Part shown: positions 20,468 to 29,631 of the stretch, piece after piece | How the letters are laid out: each line of letters opens with the position of its first letter | Position numbering within the stretch: position 1 is the first letter of the stretch | Source of the DNA: Archaeoglobus fulgidus DSM 4304 | GTDB lineage: Archaea; Halobacteriota; Archaeoglobi; Archaeoglobales; Archaeoglobaceae | Direction of reading: 5' to 3' | Assembly (NCBI RefSeq): GCF_000008665.1 | Contig: NC_000917.1 | Span: forward strand, 1,560,001-1,592,000 | DNA: 32,000 nt | Position numbers and translations under genes: made by a program | The notes under the pieces: model-generated | Seen by the model: the letters and a program-made list of their open reading frames with translations, nothing else | What the model was told of the DNA's origin: nothing | Database searches by the model: none

Positions 20468-20961
20468 AAATGGTTGGCAGGGCGTGGAAGTTTGGTGATG
20501 ACATCTCAACCGACCACATCACGCCCGGCAGGTACTACCACCTCAGAAGCAACATGCCTGAGCTGGCAAAGCACGTGATGGAGGATGCTGATCCGGATTT
20601 CATGAAAAAGTTCAGGCCCGGAGATTTCATCGTTGCAGGAAAGAACTTCGGCATGGGAAGCAGCAGAGAGCACGCCCCTTTGGCCTTGAAAATTGCAGGG
20701 GTTTCGGCGGTCATCGCCAAATCCTTCGCTAGGATATTCTACAGGAACGCCATAAACGTCGGCCTGCCTGTTTTGATAGCCGACACAGACTCTATCGATA
20801 GCGGTGATGAGCTTGAAGTTGACCTCGGCAAAGGGCTGGTGGTGAACAGAACGAAGGGTATTGAGATAAGAGTGAAGCCAATTCCCGAGGTCATGCTGAA
20901 GATTCTCCATGAAGGCGGGCTTGTGAGCTACGTCAAAAAGCATGGCGACATAAAAATTTAA
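20464..20961 (+). CDS. leuD: 3-isopropylmalate dehydratase / homoaconitase-type small subunit
   Basis: GRAWKFGDDISTDHITPGRYYHLRSNMPELAKHVMEDADPDF, GKNFGMGSSREHAPLALKIAGVSAVIAKSFARIFYRNAINVGLP; ATGA overlap with the upstream USP gene. Confidence 0.88.
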   Translation: MKMVGRAWKFGDDISTDHITPGRYYHLRSNMPELAKHVMEDADPDFMKKFRPGDFIVAGKNFGMGSSREHAPLALKIAGVSAVIAKSFARIFYRNAINVGLPVLIADTDSIDSGDELEVDLGKGLVVNRTKGIEIRVKPIPEVMLKILHEGGLVSYVKKHGDIKI

Positions 20962-21118
20962 TTTCGGTCGAATTTCGCCTCCTTTTTTCAAGCATCGTCA
21001 CCACCTTCTCAGCGAAACCCCTCGTCAGGGTGGCCATGGAAAACATGTTGTGCACTTCAGGCCTGTTCAGAGTTATTTCCGCTAATTTACCATCCTTTTT
21101 CAAAATTATGGGATTCAT
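20933..21118 (-). pseudogene. Enoyl-CoA hydratase/isomerase (crotonase) remnant
   Basis: MNPIILKKDGKLAEITLNRPEVHNMFS matches a crotonase N-terminus but the ORF ends at 61 aa; converges onto and overlaps leuD. Confidence 0.65.
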
Positions 21119-21256
21119 GACTCATAGGATGCAAGGTCTTATTTAATTATTGCTATCATCTTGAAGTTTCCGGAAATGCTTAAATAATTATGATTATATT
21201 GCTGATTACAATTAACATAAGGAAAATTATATAATATTTTGTGAAGGTAATTCAGT

Positions 21257-22681
21257 ATGAGAGGGCTTGCCGTGCTGGTGTTGCTGGTTTTTGCCGTGCA
21301 GGTGGCAGCAGCGGAAGACTTTAGACCGGTAGTGTTTGTGCACGGTCTTGCGGGTTCTGCTGGACAGTTCGAGAGCCAGGGGATGAGGTTTGCTGCAAAC
21401 GGATATCCGGCAGAGTATGTCAAAACCTTCGAATACGACACGATTTCGTGGGCTTTGGTTGTGGAAACTGACATGCTCTTCAGCGGACTTGGGAGCGAAT
21501 TCGGGCTGAACATCAGCCAGATTATCGACCCTGAAACGCTTGACAAGATACTTTCCAAGAGCAGGGAGAGGCTGATTGACGAAACCTTCAGCAGGCTCGA
21601 CAGGGTCATAGACGAAGCTCTCGCTGAAAGCGGAGCGGATAAGGTGGATCTGGTCGGGCACTCAATGGGGACGTTTTTCCTGGTCAGATACGTCAACTCC
21701 TCTCCTGAGAGGGCTGCGAAGGTTGCGCACCTCATTCTTCTTGACGGCGTCTGGGGGGTTGATGCTCCCGAAGGGATTCCGACGCTTGCAGTGTTCGGAA
21801 ATCCGAAAGCTCTGCCGGCTCTCGGACTTCCGGAGGAGAAGGTTGTTTACAACGCAACCAACGTTTACTTCAACAACATGACGCACGTTCAGCTCTGCAC
21901 TTCTCCGGAAACTTTTGCGGTGATGTTTGAGTTCATAAACGGCTACAAGCCAGCAACAACCGACATAGTGCCGCAGGATGGAGATTACGTGAAGGTTAAG
22001 GGGAAGTTTCTGGCCTTTGCGACCAATGGTGACGTTTCGGGATGGCTGTCAATCTATCCGATAGACGAGAACGGCAAGAGGTTGACGAGGTTGCCCGTCA
22101 AGTTCATGAGGGTGAAGGGGGACTTTGAGGTCAGGCTCAGGAAGGGGCAGCTTTACGAGTTCCAGTTCCGCAAGGACTTCAGCCCCATCATTTATCACTA
22201 CTACCGCGCCCCCTTCGTGAGAGATGACCTGTGGGCGAGGTTTCTGGTATCAAAGCCTCCCCTCGACGTGGAGCTTTTGATACTGCCCGAAAGACTCTCC
22301 CCAGCAGCCAAGGAGACATCGGGACTGCTGCTGATTAGATACAAGGAGATGATAGGCGAGTATGACGAGGAGATTGGCGGTGTTGATGAGGTTTACGTGA
22401 ATGGTGTCAACGTCTGCACTGAGAGAATCTGCCCCATTGAGAGAGCCGTCAACGGGCTATGGGTCTTCGACAGGGGGGCTGATGGAAAGAGCGATCTTGA
22501 CAGAGAGGTTGTTAGGTACTCCATAATGCCTTTCATGAGCGCCGCCGACCTTGTTGTCCCTGCGGAGGGGACGATAAGCATAGCTGTGAAGTCGAGAACC
22601 GGTGGGGAGGAAAGCTTCACCATCCCGGCATGGTCTGCGGACAGGCACTCGATTATCGTGCAGTTTTCGGATTACATTTAA
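21257..22681 (+). CDS. Secreted lipase, alpha/beta hydrolase with C-terminal domain
   Basis: Signal peptide [60 protein letters not shown], long beta-rich C-terminus. Confidence 0.92.
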   Translation: MRGLAVLVLLVFAVQVAAAEDFRPVVFVHGLAGSAGQFESQGMRFAANGYPAEYVKTFEYDTISWALVVETDMLFSGLGSEFGLNISQIIDPETLDKILSKSRERLIDETFSRLDRVIDEALAESGADKVDLVGHSMGTFFLVRYVNSSPERAAKVAHLILLDGVWGVDAPEGIPTLAVFGNPKALPALGLPEEKVVYNATNVYFNNMTHVQLCTSPETFAVMFEFINGYKPATTDIVPQDGDYVKVKGKFLAFATNGDVSGWLSIYPIDENGKRLTRLPVKFMRVKGDFEVRLRKGQLYEFQFRKDFSPIIYHYYRAPFVRDDLWARFLVSKPPLDVELLILPERLSPAAKETSGLLLIRYKEMIGEYDEEIGGVDEVYVNGVNVCTERICPIERAVNGLWVFDRGADGKSDLDREVVRYSIMPFMSAADLVVPAEGTISIAVKSRTGGEESFTIPAWSADRHSIIVQFSDYI

Positions 22682-23151
22682 TTTTTTACTTTTTTGCTAA
22701 GCGAATCAGAAGGAAAGAACTCAATCTCCACTCCTGCCTCCTCCAGAAGCTTCAAACCGTTCTTATCGGCATACTCCTTCCCGTAAACAACTCTCTTTAT
22801 CCCCGCGTTGATGATGATTTTCGCACACGTGATGCAGGGGCAGTGAGTTGAGTAAAGAGTACCACCATCAACACTTATCCCGAACTTAGCCGCCTGTATT
22901 ATTGCATTTTGCTCCGCATGCACCCCTCTGCAAAGCTCCTGCCTTTCCCCGCTCGGCACGGACATCCTGTCCCTCAGGCATCCCACCTCTTCGCAGTGTG
23001 GCAGGCCTGAAGGCGCTCCGTTGTAGCCCGTGGCAAGAATGCGCTTGTCCTTGACTATGACGGCCCCGACGTGCTGTCTAAGACAGGTGGAGCGCTTCGC
23101 CACAACCGAGGCGATTTCCATGAAGTACTCATCGAGCGTGGGCCTCTTCAT
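22678..23151 (-). CDS. dCMP deaminase-type cytidine/deoxycytidylate deaminase
   Basis: [15 protein letters not shown] and [18 protein letters not shown] zinc motifs. Confidence 0.92.
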   Translation of the reverse strand: MKRPTLDEYFMEIASVVAKRSTCLRQHVGAVIVKDKRILATGYNGAPSGLPHCEEVGCLRDRMSVPSGERQELCRGVHAEQNAIIQAAKFGISVDGGTLYSTHCPCITCAKIIINAGIKRVVYGKEYADKNGLKLLEEAGVEIEFFPSDSLSKKVKN

Positions 23152-23900
23152 TCCAACACCCTCAAAAATTTTCTGGCGTTTTCCCTCGCAACCTTCTCCA
23201 TCTCCTCCCTGCCCACAGCCTCCTCAATCTTTACAGCAGCCTCCGCCACCGTGGTTATTTCTACATCCCTGTAACCCGCATCGCTGTTCAGCATGAACCT
23301 CTCCGGGCCGTGTTCAGCCACTATTCTTGCAGCGTCCTCGGCAGAAAGCTTTCCTGGCTGAACTGTGAGGCCAATCCAGTACTCAGTCTCAAGAACCATG
23401 TCGAGTGTTTCGAAGTTCACGTGGTCTATTACCGCAAGGTCTGCGGGAAAGTCGAGACTTTCGAGGATTTCGAGGGTTTTCCTTGTTGCTTTTAGCTTGT
23501 TTCCTCTCGGTGTGTGAATTATGCACGGCACGTCCATCCTCTTCGCCAGCTCGAGCTGCGATTTGAGAACTTCAATCTCCTCATCAGTTACAAGCTCAAG
23601 CCCTATTTCGCCGAAGGCAACCCACTCCCCCTCTTCAAGGTAGCCCAGCACGAACTCATAGTCAGGAGGAATGCAGCGCGGATGAATTCCAACAGCGGGA
23701 TGCATCTTAACCCCTGCAGCCTCACATCTGAGAGGCTCGAATTCTGTTAGCTTTCTGAAGACATCTATCATGGTCTGAGGGTATTTTGGCTTCACGGGAA
23801 AGAAGGCGAGGCTGCAAACCTCCTTTATTCCGTTTTCCTTCAGCTTAACAAGCTCGGAGAAGCCCAGACCCTCTGAATGAAGATGTGAGTCGAAATACAT
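23148..23900 (-). CDS. TatD-family metal-dependent hydrolase
   Basis: [45 protein letters not shown]; 4 bp overlap with the deaminase gene. Confidence 0.88.
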   Translation of the reverse strand: MYFDSHLHSEGLGFSELVKLKENGIKEVCSLAFFPVKPKYPQTMIDVFRKLTEFEPLRCEAAGVKMHPAVGIHPRCIPPDYEFVLGYLEEGEWVAFGEIGLELVTDEEIEVLKSQLELAKRMDVPCIIHTPRGNKLKATRKTLEILESLDFPADLAVIDHVNFETLDMVLETEYWIGLTVQPGKLSAEDAARIVAEHGPERFMLNSDAGYRDVEITTVAEAAVKIEEAVGREEMEKVARENARKFLRVLE

Positions 23901-23974
23901 GCTCCTCGGATGTTCGTGAGGATTATTAAAAATTTCTCACCAAACGCTTTTATAAGTTCGTTACTTTATTTTAC

Positions 23975-25762
23975 ATGGTGAAGTTCAAGTTGTTCGCATT
24001 AATCACGGTTTGTACCCTATTCATTCTAAATCCAGTCTCAGCTCTAAAAGTTGGTGTTTACGACAACCCTCCTCTTGTTTTCGTCGAAAACGGTGAGGCT
24101 AAAGGCTTCTTCATTGACATACTCGAATACATCGCAGAAGAAGAGGGGTGGAGCATTGAGTACGTTCATGACACCTTCCCCCGGCTGTTGGATAAGCTTG
24201 AGAGGGGTGAGATAGACCTTCTGGTGGATATAGCGTACACGGAGGAGAGGGCTGAAGCTTACAAGTTCAATGATGAGGCCGTTTTCACTAACTGGGGAGT
24301 GGTTGTGGGAAAACAGAACCTTGACTCTGTTTTGAAGCTTGATGGTTTAAAGGTTGCTGGAGTGAAAAGGGACGTTTACACCGCGGAACTGAAACGGCTT
24401 GTTGATGAGTTCAATCTAAACTGCCAGATATTTGAGATTGAGGGGGATTACAGGGAAGTTTTCGAGAAAGTTAAGGCTGGTAGGGCAGACGCTGGAGTGG
24501 TTTCGAGAATATACGCCTCCCTCTACGCCTCAGATTACGGCTTGAAGGAGAGCAGCATCATTTTCGGCCCGGTTGAGCTCAGATTCGCAGGGAGAGACGA
24601 TAACGTGCTTGGGAGAATAGATGCCCATCTAAGCGCCATGAAATCCGACCGCAACTCTGTTTACTATCAATCTCTCGACAGGTGGTTGGGGCCGAGGGTT
24701 GAGGTGATTCCCCAGTGGGTTTACTACGCGATTGCGTCCCTTTTTGCTGTGCTGCTGGCTGCAATTGCGCTCAATGCATACCTCAGCAGGGTTGTTGCAA
24801 AGAGGACAGAGGAGGTTAGGAAGAATGAGGCCTTCCTGAGAGCCATTTTCAATACCATACAGGATGGAATCAGCGTTCTGGACAAGGATATGAACGTTAT
24901 AATGGTTAACCACGCAATGGAGAGGTGGTATGGAAATGTTGTGGGAAAGAAGTGCTACGAAGCGTACCACAACCGCAGTGAACCGTGCGAGGAGTGCCCA
25001 ACTATTGAAGCGATGAAAAGCGGTGAAATGAAAAGAGGAGTAGTTCCGGGGCTGAAGGGTTCTGAAGTGGAATGGCTTGAGCTCTTCAGCTATCCTCTCA
25101 TTGAAAACGGAGAGGTCAAGATGGTTGTGGAATTCGTCAGGGACATTACGGAGAAAAAGCGCATGGAGGAGGAGCTGAGAAAAGCTCTGGAGAGCTACGA
25201 GTATCTATGGAACAGCACCAACGACATCCTTTACGTCCACGACATGCGGGGTTGCTTTACAAGGGTAAACAGAAGGGCTATGGAGCTTCTTGGGTATGAA
25301 GAGGGAGAGAACGTCACTGTATGGGATGTCGTTCCCGAGTCCCACCATGAGTTGGTTAGGGAGAAAATAAGAGAAGTTGTTGAAACAAAAAAGCCAACGG
25401 AGCCGTTTGAGCTGCCGGTTAAAGCGAAGAGCGGTGAGATACTGTGGCTTGAGGTTATCGCACACCCTGTAATTGAAAAGGGAGAAGTTGTTGCCGTGCA
25501 CGGTGTTGCGAGGGATGTTACAGAGAGGAAAAAGTTCATAGACGAGATTGGTGAGAACATAAGGCTGGTTTCTCACTTGGTGGACAGAATAAGGAATCCT
25601 CTCGCTGCTGCGAGAGCCTTCTGCGAGTTAAGGGAAAAACTCGGAGGTGAAGCCTTTGAGAAGGTAATCTCAAACATAGACAGGGTTACGGAGCTTATTG
25701 AAGACCTCGACAGAGTATGGGCGAATCTTGAGCGGCTGAGAAGGGGACTTAAGAGGCCCTGA
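23975..25762 (+). CDS. Membrane sensor: extracytoplasmic SBP_bac_3-like domain, TM, two PAS domains, degenerate HisKA-like segment
   Basis: Signal peptide, LKVGVYDNPPLVFVENGEAKGFFIDILEYIAEEEGW, TM WVYYAIASLFAVLLAAIALNAYL, PAS segments (LRAIFNTIQDGISVLDKDMNVIMVNHAME; YEYLWNSTNDILYVHDMRGCFTRVNRRAMELLGY), terminal SHLVDRIRNPLAAARAFCELREKL with no HATPase region. Confidence 0.85.
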   Translation: MVKFKLFALITVCTLFILNPVSALKVGVYDNPPLVFVENGEAKGFFIDILEYIAEEEGWSIEYVHDTFPRLLDKLERGEIDLLVDIAYTEERAEAYKFNDEAVFTNWGVVVGKQNLDSVLKLDGLKVAGVKRDVYTAELKRLVDEFNLNCQIFEIEGDYREVFEKVKAGRADAGVVSRIYASLYASDYGLKESSIIFGPVELRFAGRDDNVLGRIDAHLSAMKSDRNSVYYQSLDRWLGPRVEVIPQWVYYAIASLFAVLLAAIALNAYLSRVVAKRTEEVRKNEAFLRAIFNTIQDGISVLDKDMNVIMVNHAMERWYGNVVGKKCYEAYHNRSEPCEECPTIEAMKSGEMKRGVVPGLKGSEVEWLELFSYPLIENGEVKMVVEFVRDITEKKRMEEELRKALESYEYLWNSTNDILYVHDMRGCFTRVNRRAMELLGYEEGENVTVWDVVPESHHELVREKIREVVETKKPTEPFELPVKAKSGEILWLEVIAHPVIEKGEVVAVHGVARDVTERKKFIDEIGENIRLVSHLVDRIRNPLAAARAFCELREKLGGEAFEKVISNIDRVTELIEDLDRVWANLERLRRGLKRP

Positions 25763-25822
25763 ACTTGCTGAAAGAGTTTCTACCTTTTAATTTTGAGCCC
25801 AAATAAAAAATAAATCAAAAAA

Positions 25823-27385
25823 TTATTCGGAATAGCCAGCCTTCTTCAGGTACTCCTTGGCAAGCTCGATGTTGCCATCTCCATACATATCCTTGAAGAC
25901 GTCCTCGTGGCTCCACATACCGATTGGTATTAAGGAGTACAGCGGCTCAACGGTCCCTCTGTAAACCCTCTGGGCGATGTCCTCTCTGTCAATTGCAGCT
26001 GCAATGGCCTTTCTGACGTAGATGTTCTTTGTCGGGTAGTCTGTGTTTTCATTGGCGTTGAGAACGAGGTACCTGATGAAACCACCCGGAGCCTCGATAA
26101 CCTGCAGACCCTCCTTTGCCTTCAGGGATTCGATGTCGATTGGTGTGAGCGTTCTCCATGCGATGTCAACCTCTCCCTTCTCGATGGCAAGTCTTAGAGT
26201 TGTGGCGTCCTTGTAGAACTTCACCACAATTCTCTTTGTCATTGGCTGCTCTCCAAAGAAGTTCGGGTTGGCTTCGAGAATTAGCTCCTGGTCTCTCTTC
26301 CACTCCACTATCTTGTAGGGCCCAACTCCACCGGCAGTCTGGTCGGGGTCTATTTCATCTGCCTTGTATGCCGGGTGGACGGGGAAGTATGGCGGTGTTG
26401 CAAGCAGTGAGACAAAGTACGCTGCTGGCTTCTTGAGCGTGAACTTCACAGTGTAGTCGTCAACAGCCTCCACATCCTCGACGAAGTGAGTAACGAGCCA
26501 TGAGGGGTCGCCCTGAATGGTCATGACTCTCTTGATGCTTCTCACCACATCCTGCGCCTTGCATGGGGTGCCGTCAGCAAATTTCAGATCCTGCCTGAGG
26601 TGGAAGGTGTAAACAAGGCCATCCTCACTGACTTCCCAGCTTTCAGCAAGGTATGGCTCAAGTTCTGTTGTGCCGGGCTTGTACCTTACCAGCCCTCCCA
26701 TGACGTTGTTCATAATTTCCCATGTGTAGAAGTCGTAAGCATTGGCAGGGTCGAGATCGGTAATCTTGTCAGTTACACCGATGGTGATTGTGTCCTTCTG
26801 CTCCTCGGAGTAGACAAGATAGTACCTGAAAATCATGGTCGGGTCGAGGGTAATTCCCTTGATGTCGTCCTTTGCAACTATCGTCAGCTTGCCCTGTACG
26901 AGCGGGATTATCGGTGCATCCTCAGCAAGCTTCTGCTGTATCTGCTTGTAAAGCTTCTCTCTCTCCTCCATCGAGGTTGCTGTTGATGCCTTCTCAAGCA
27001 GTTCATCCATCTCCGGGTCGCAGTACGGATAGCCGAGCCAGTTGTTTGCCGTGCAACTCAGGAAGGGTGTGGTGTAGTCATCAGGGTCGAGGTAGTCAGG
27101 ATACCATCCGAACAGCGAAGCCATCATCGCTCCCTTTCTGGAATAGTCCTGGAAAGTTGACCACTCGGCGCTCTTCAGCTCAACCTCAATCATTCCCGTT
27201 GCCTCAAGCTGCTCCTTCAGAACCTGTGCCAAATCTTTCTCAGTGTCACCGTAGTGAGTTGGAGTCCACCAGAGCTCAATCTTCAGCTTCTTAGCTTCCT
27301 CTTTCTGCGGTTGCTCCGGCTGTTGGGCACAGCCCAGTAGCAGCACTGCAGCAACCAAAAGCGCCAAAACGTATAGTTTCTTCAT
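25823..27385 (-). CDS. dppA: Dipeptide/oligopeptide ABC transporter substrate-binding lipoprotein (SBP_bac_5), apparently circularly permuted
   Basis: Lipobox MKKLYVLALLVAAVLLLGC, then a C-terminal-type SBP_bac_5 segment (IELWWTPTHYG...LFGWYPDYLDPDDYTTPFLS...EDAPIIPL), then an N-terminal-type segment (TITIGVTDKITDLDPANAYDFYTWEIMNNVMGGLVRYKPGTTELEPYLAESWEVSEDG...) ending in LAKEYLKKAGYSE. Confidence 0.9.
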   Translation of the reverse strand: MKKLYVLALLVAAVLLLGCAQQPEQPQKEEAKKLKIELWWTPTHYGDTEKDLAQVLKEQLEATGMIEVELKSAEWSTFQDYSRKGAMMASLFGWYPDYLDPDDYTTPFLSCTANNWLGYPYCDPEMDELLEKASTATSMEEREKLYKQIQQKLAEDAPIIPLVQGKLTIVAKDDIKGITLDPTMIFRYYLVYSEEQKDTITIGVTDKITDLDPANAYDFYTWEIMNNVMGGLVRYKPGTTELEPYLAESWEVSEDGLVYTFHLRQDLKFADGTPCKAQDVVRSIKRVMTIQGDPSWLVTHFVEDVEAVDDYTVKFTLKKPAAYFVSLLATPPYFPVHPAYKADEIDPDQTAGGVGPYKIVEWKRDQELILEANPNFFGEQPMTKRIVVKFYKDATTLRLAIEKGEVDIAWRTLTPIDIESLKAKEGLQVIEAPGGFIRYLVLNANENTDYPTKNIYVRKAIAAAIDREDIAQRVYRGTVEPLYSLIPIGMWSHEDVFKDMYGDGNIELAKEYLKKAGYSE

Positions 27386-27715
27386 GTTGTAAATGTCCGT
27401 GTTATGATATATAACAGTATCTTGAGTGTATCTGGCAAAAATTTAATGGGCTAATCTTTTTATCGCTCCGGCTGGGAGCATAAGATTCATTGGAGAGGTT
27501 ACGAAACTAATCATGAAACAAGAAAAAGGAAGAGAGGCTTTAGCATCAACGTGTAGTGCCACTCTTCCGTTAATTATTTCTCCCGAAATCGACATGGTTC
27601 TTTTTCACTATCGTTTTCGAGCCTTCTCAGAAGTGCCATGAGCTTCAAACGTGCATCTGATGAAATACAATCTTCAGGCGATAAAGGTACAACAATGTGC
27701 CCCTCTTTCCCTCAG

Positions 27716-27727
27716 ATAAATTTTTAA
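27716..27727 (+). promoter_or_regulatory. Candidate TATA box ATAAATTTTTAA for dppBCDF operon
   Basis: About 25-30 nt upstream of ATG 27751, which lacks an SD; suggests a leaderless first cistron. Confidence 0.45.
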
Positions 27728-27750
27728 GCCAAACACCTCAAACGTATCCG

Positions 27751-28761
27751 ATGTCGTCACTGCCGGCTTACATAATAACAAGGTTTTTAATGGTAATACC
27801 GACGGTGCTAATCCTTTTGACCATCGTTTTCCTGATACTCAGAATTATCCCCGGCGACCCGATAACGGCGATGGTGGGGCAGAAGGTTCCGGAAGAGGTA
27901 TTGGAGAAGCTTCGGCATGAGGCAGGGCTGGACAAACCATACCACGAGCAGTACATTGAGTACCTTAAGGGTGTATTCACAGGTGACCTCGGAAAGTCCA
28001 TGATCTGGGGGAAGAGACCTGTAATTGCCGAAATCATGGACCACTTTCCCGCTACGCTTGAATTGACGATATTTGGCTTCATTTTGAGCGTTCTGATAGG
28101 AGTTGCCACTGGCTCGATTGCGGCCTTCAGAAGGGGCAGCAAGGTTGATTCTGGGATGAGGATTTACAGCATTGTCGCCTACACGCTCTTCATCCCTTGG
28201 TTTGGAATGCTTCTGCAAATGCTTTTCGGGGTTTATCTGAAAGTTCTGCCAATTGGCGGTAGAATAACGCCCGGAAACACTCCAGAGACAATCACAGGGC
28301 TTTACGTTCTTGACAGCATTTTAACGCTGAACTTTAACTCTCTTATCGATGCCCTCGCCCACCTCGCACTGCCTGCAATAACACTCGGAATTGTTCTTTC
28401 AGGGGCCTACACAAGATTGCTGAGAAACAACCTGATTGACGTGCTCAGTCAGGACTTCATTAAAGCTTACAGGGCGAGGGGAGTGAGGAACAGAAAAGTC
28501 GTCTTTCATGCGATGAAGAACGCGTTCATCCCCGTCGTTACGCTGATGGGTCTCCAGTTCGCCATTCTTCTGGCTGGAGCGGTGCTTACGGAATCAACCT
28601 TCTCGTGGCCGGGGATGGGAACTTTCCTGATTGAGAGGATAGAGTACAGGGACTACACCTCCGTTCAGGGGGCGATAGTCTTCTATGCAGTCTTTGTAGC
28701 GCTAATCAGCCTTGTGGTGGATGTGATTTACGCGTTACTTGACCCAAGGATAAGATACTGA
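27751..28761 (+). CDS. dppB: Peptide ABC transporter permease DppB-like
   Basis: MSSLPAYIITRFLMVIPTVLILLTIVFLILRIIPGDP, GVLSGAYTRLLRNNLIDVLSQDFIKAYRARGV EAA-type loop. Track start is 27697, upstream of the TATA-like box. Confidence 0.93.
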   Translation: MSSLPAYIITRFLMVIPTVLILLTIVFLILRIIPGDPITAMVGQKVPEEVLEKLRHEAGLDKPYHEQYIEYLKGVFTGDLGKSMIWGKRPVIAEIMDHFPATLELTIFGFILSVLIGVATGSIAAFRRGSKVDSGMRIYSIVAYTLFIPWFGMLLQMLFGVYLKVLPIGGRITPGNTPETITGLYVLDSILTLNFNSLIDALAHLALPAITLGIVLSGAYTRLLRNNLIDVLSQDFIKAYRARGVRNRKVVFHAMKNAFIPVVTLMGLQFAILLAGAVLTESTFSWPGMGTFLIERIEYRDYTSVQGAIVFYAVFVALISLVVDVIYALLDPRIRY

Positions 28762-28770
28762 GGTGGTGGA

Positions 28771-29631
28771 ATGGCGGAAGTCAGAAATCTCGCAACAACA
28801 ATCTTCAGCTTCCTTCCAGAGGCGGAAGGGAGGTACATGGTCATTTCGGGACTTGCGATAATCATCACTGTCGCATTGATGGCGGTCTTTGCCCCCTTCA
28901 TCGCCCCCTACGACCCTATAAAGTCGGGAAAGGACGTTCTGCAGCCTCCAAGTGCTGAGCACATCATGGGAACGGATAATCTCGGCAGGGATGTTTTTTC
29001 GAGAATCGTTTTCGGCTCAAGAGTTGTTCTTGCCGTTGTACTGTCAGCCTCTCTTGTTTCAACGGTTATTGGCGTCCCTCTCGGCCTCATTTCCGGATAC
29101 TTTGGCGGAAAGCTTGACAGGCTGCTCTCAATGCTGATGGACAGCATGTACGCATTTCCCGGCCTGATTCTGGCAATTGCAATTGCTGCTGTTCTTGGGC
29201 CAAGTGTTTTCAACGCTGTTGTGGCAATCTCTGTTGTTTACGTTCCCACATACTTCAGGATGATTAGGGGGCAGACGCTGAGCGTCAAATCCCTGCTGTT
29301 TGTTGAGGCTGCAAAGGCTGCAGGAGCGAGCGACTGGAGGATAATGAGGAAGTACATTTTCCCCAACCTCATTCCAACCCTCGTGGTAGTCTTCTCCCTG
29401 AGCGTAGCTGATGCGATTCTCACTGAGGCAGGATTAAGCTTTCTTGGATTCATAGTGAGCGCTCCCACTCCTGACTGGGGATTTGAGCTCGCTTCGGGAA
29501 GGCCATACCTGCCTGCGGGCTACTGGTGGATGATTACCTTCCCCGGGCTGATGGTGATGCTGCTCTCTCTCGGCTTTGCATTAGTTGGAGAGGGGCTCAG
29601 TGAGATATACGCACCAAGGAGGGAGAGATGA
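28771..29631 (+). CDS. dppC: Peptide ABC transporter permease DppC-like
   Basis: FAPFIAPYDPI, HIMGTDNLGRDVFSRIVFGSRVVLAV, EAAKAAGASDWRIMRKYIFPN. Confidence 0.93.
   Translation: MAEVRNLATTIFSFLPEAEGRYMVISGLAIIITVALMAVFAPFIAPYDPIKSGKDVLQPPSAEHIMGTDNLGRDVFSRIVFGSRVVLAVVLSASLVSTVIGVPLGLISGYFGGKLDRLLSMLMDSMYAFPGLILAIAIAAVLGPSVFNAVVAISVVYVPTYFRMIRGQTLSVKSLLFVEAAKAAGASDWRIMRKYIFPNLIPTLVVVFSLSVADAILTEAGLSFLGFIVSAPTPDWGFELASGRPYLPAGYWWMITFPGLMVMLLSLGFALVGEGLSEIYAPRRER

Noticed and set aside
26158-27294. Track ORFs 26158..26436, 26600..26986 and 26872..27294 (+), antisense to the peptide-binding gene
   Set aside because: Low-complexity, Ser/Pro/Arg/Cys-rich translations opposite a clearly coding gene; shadow ORFs.
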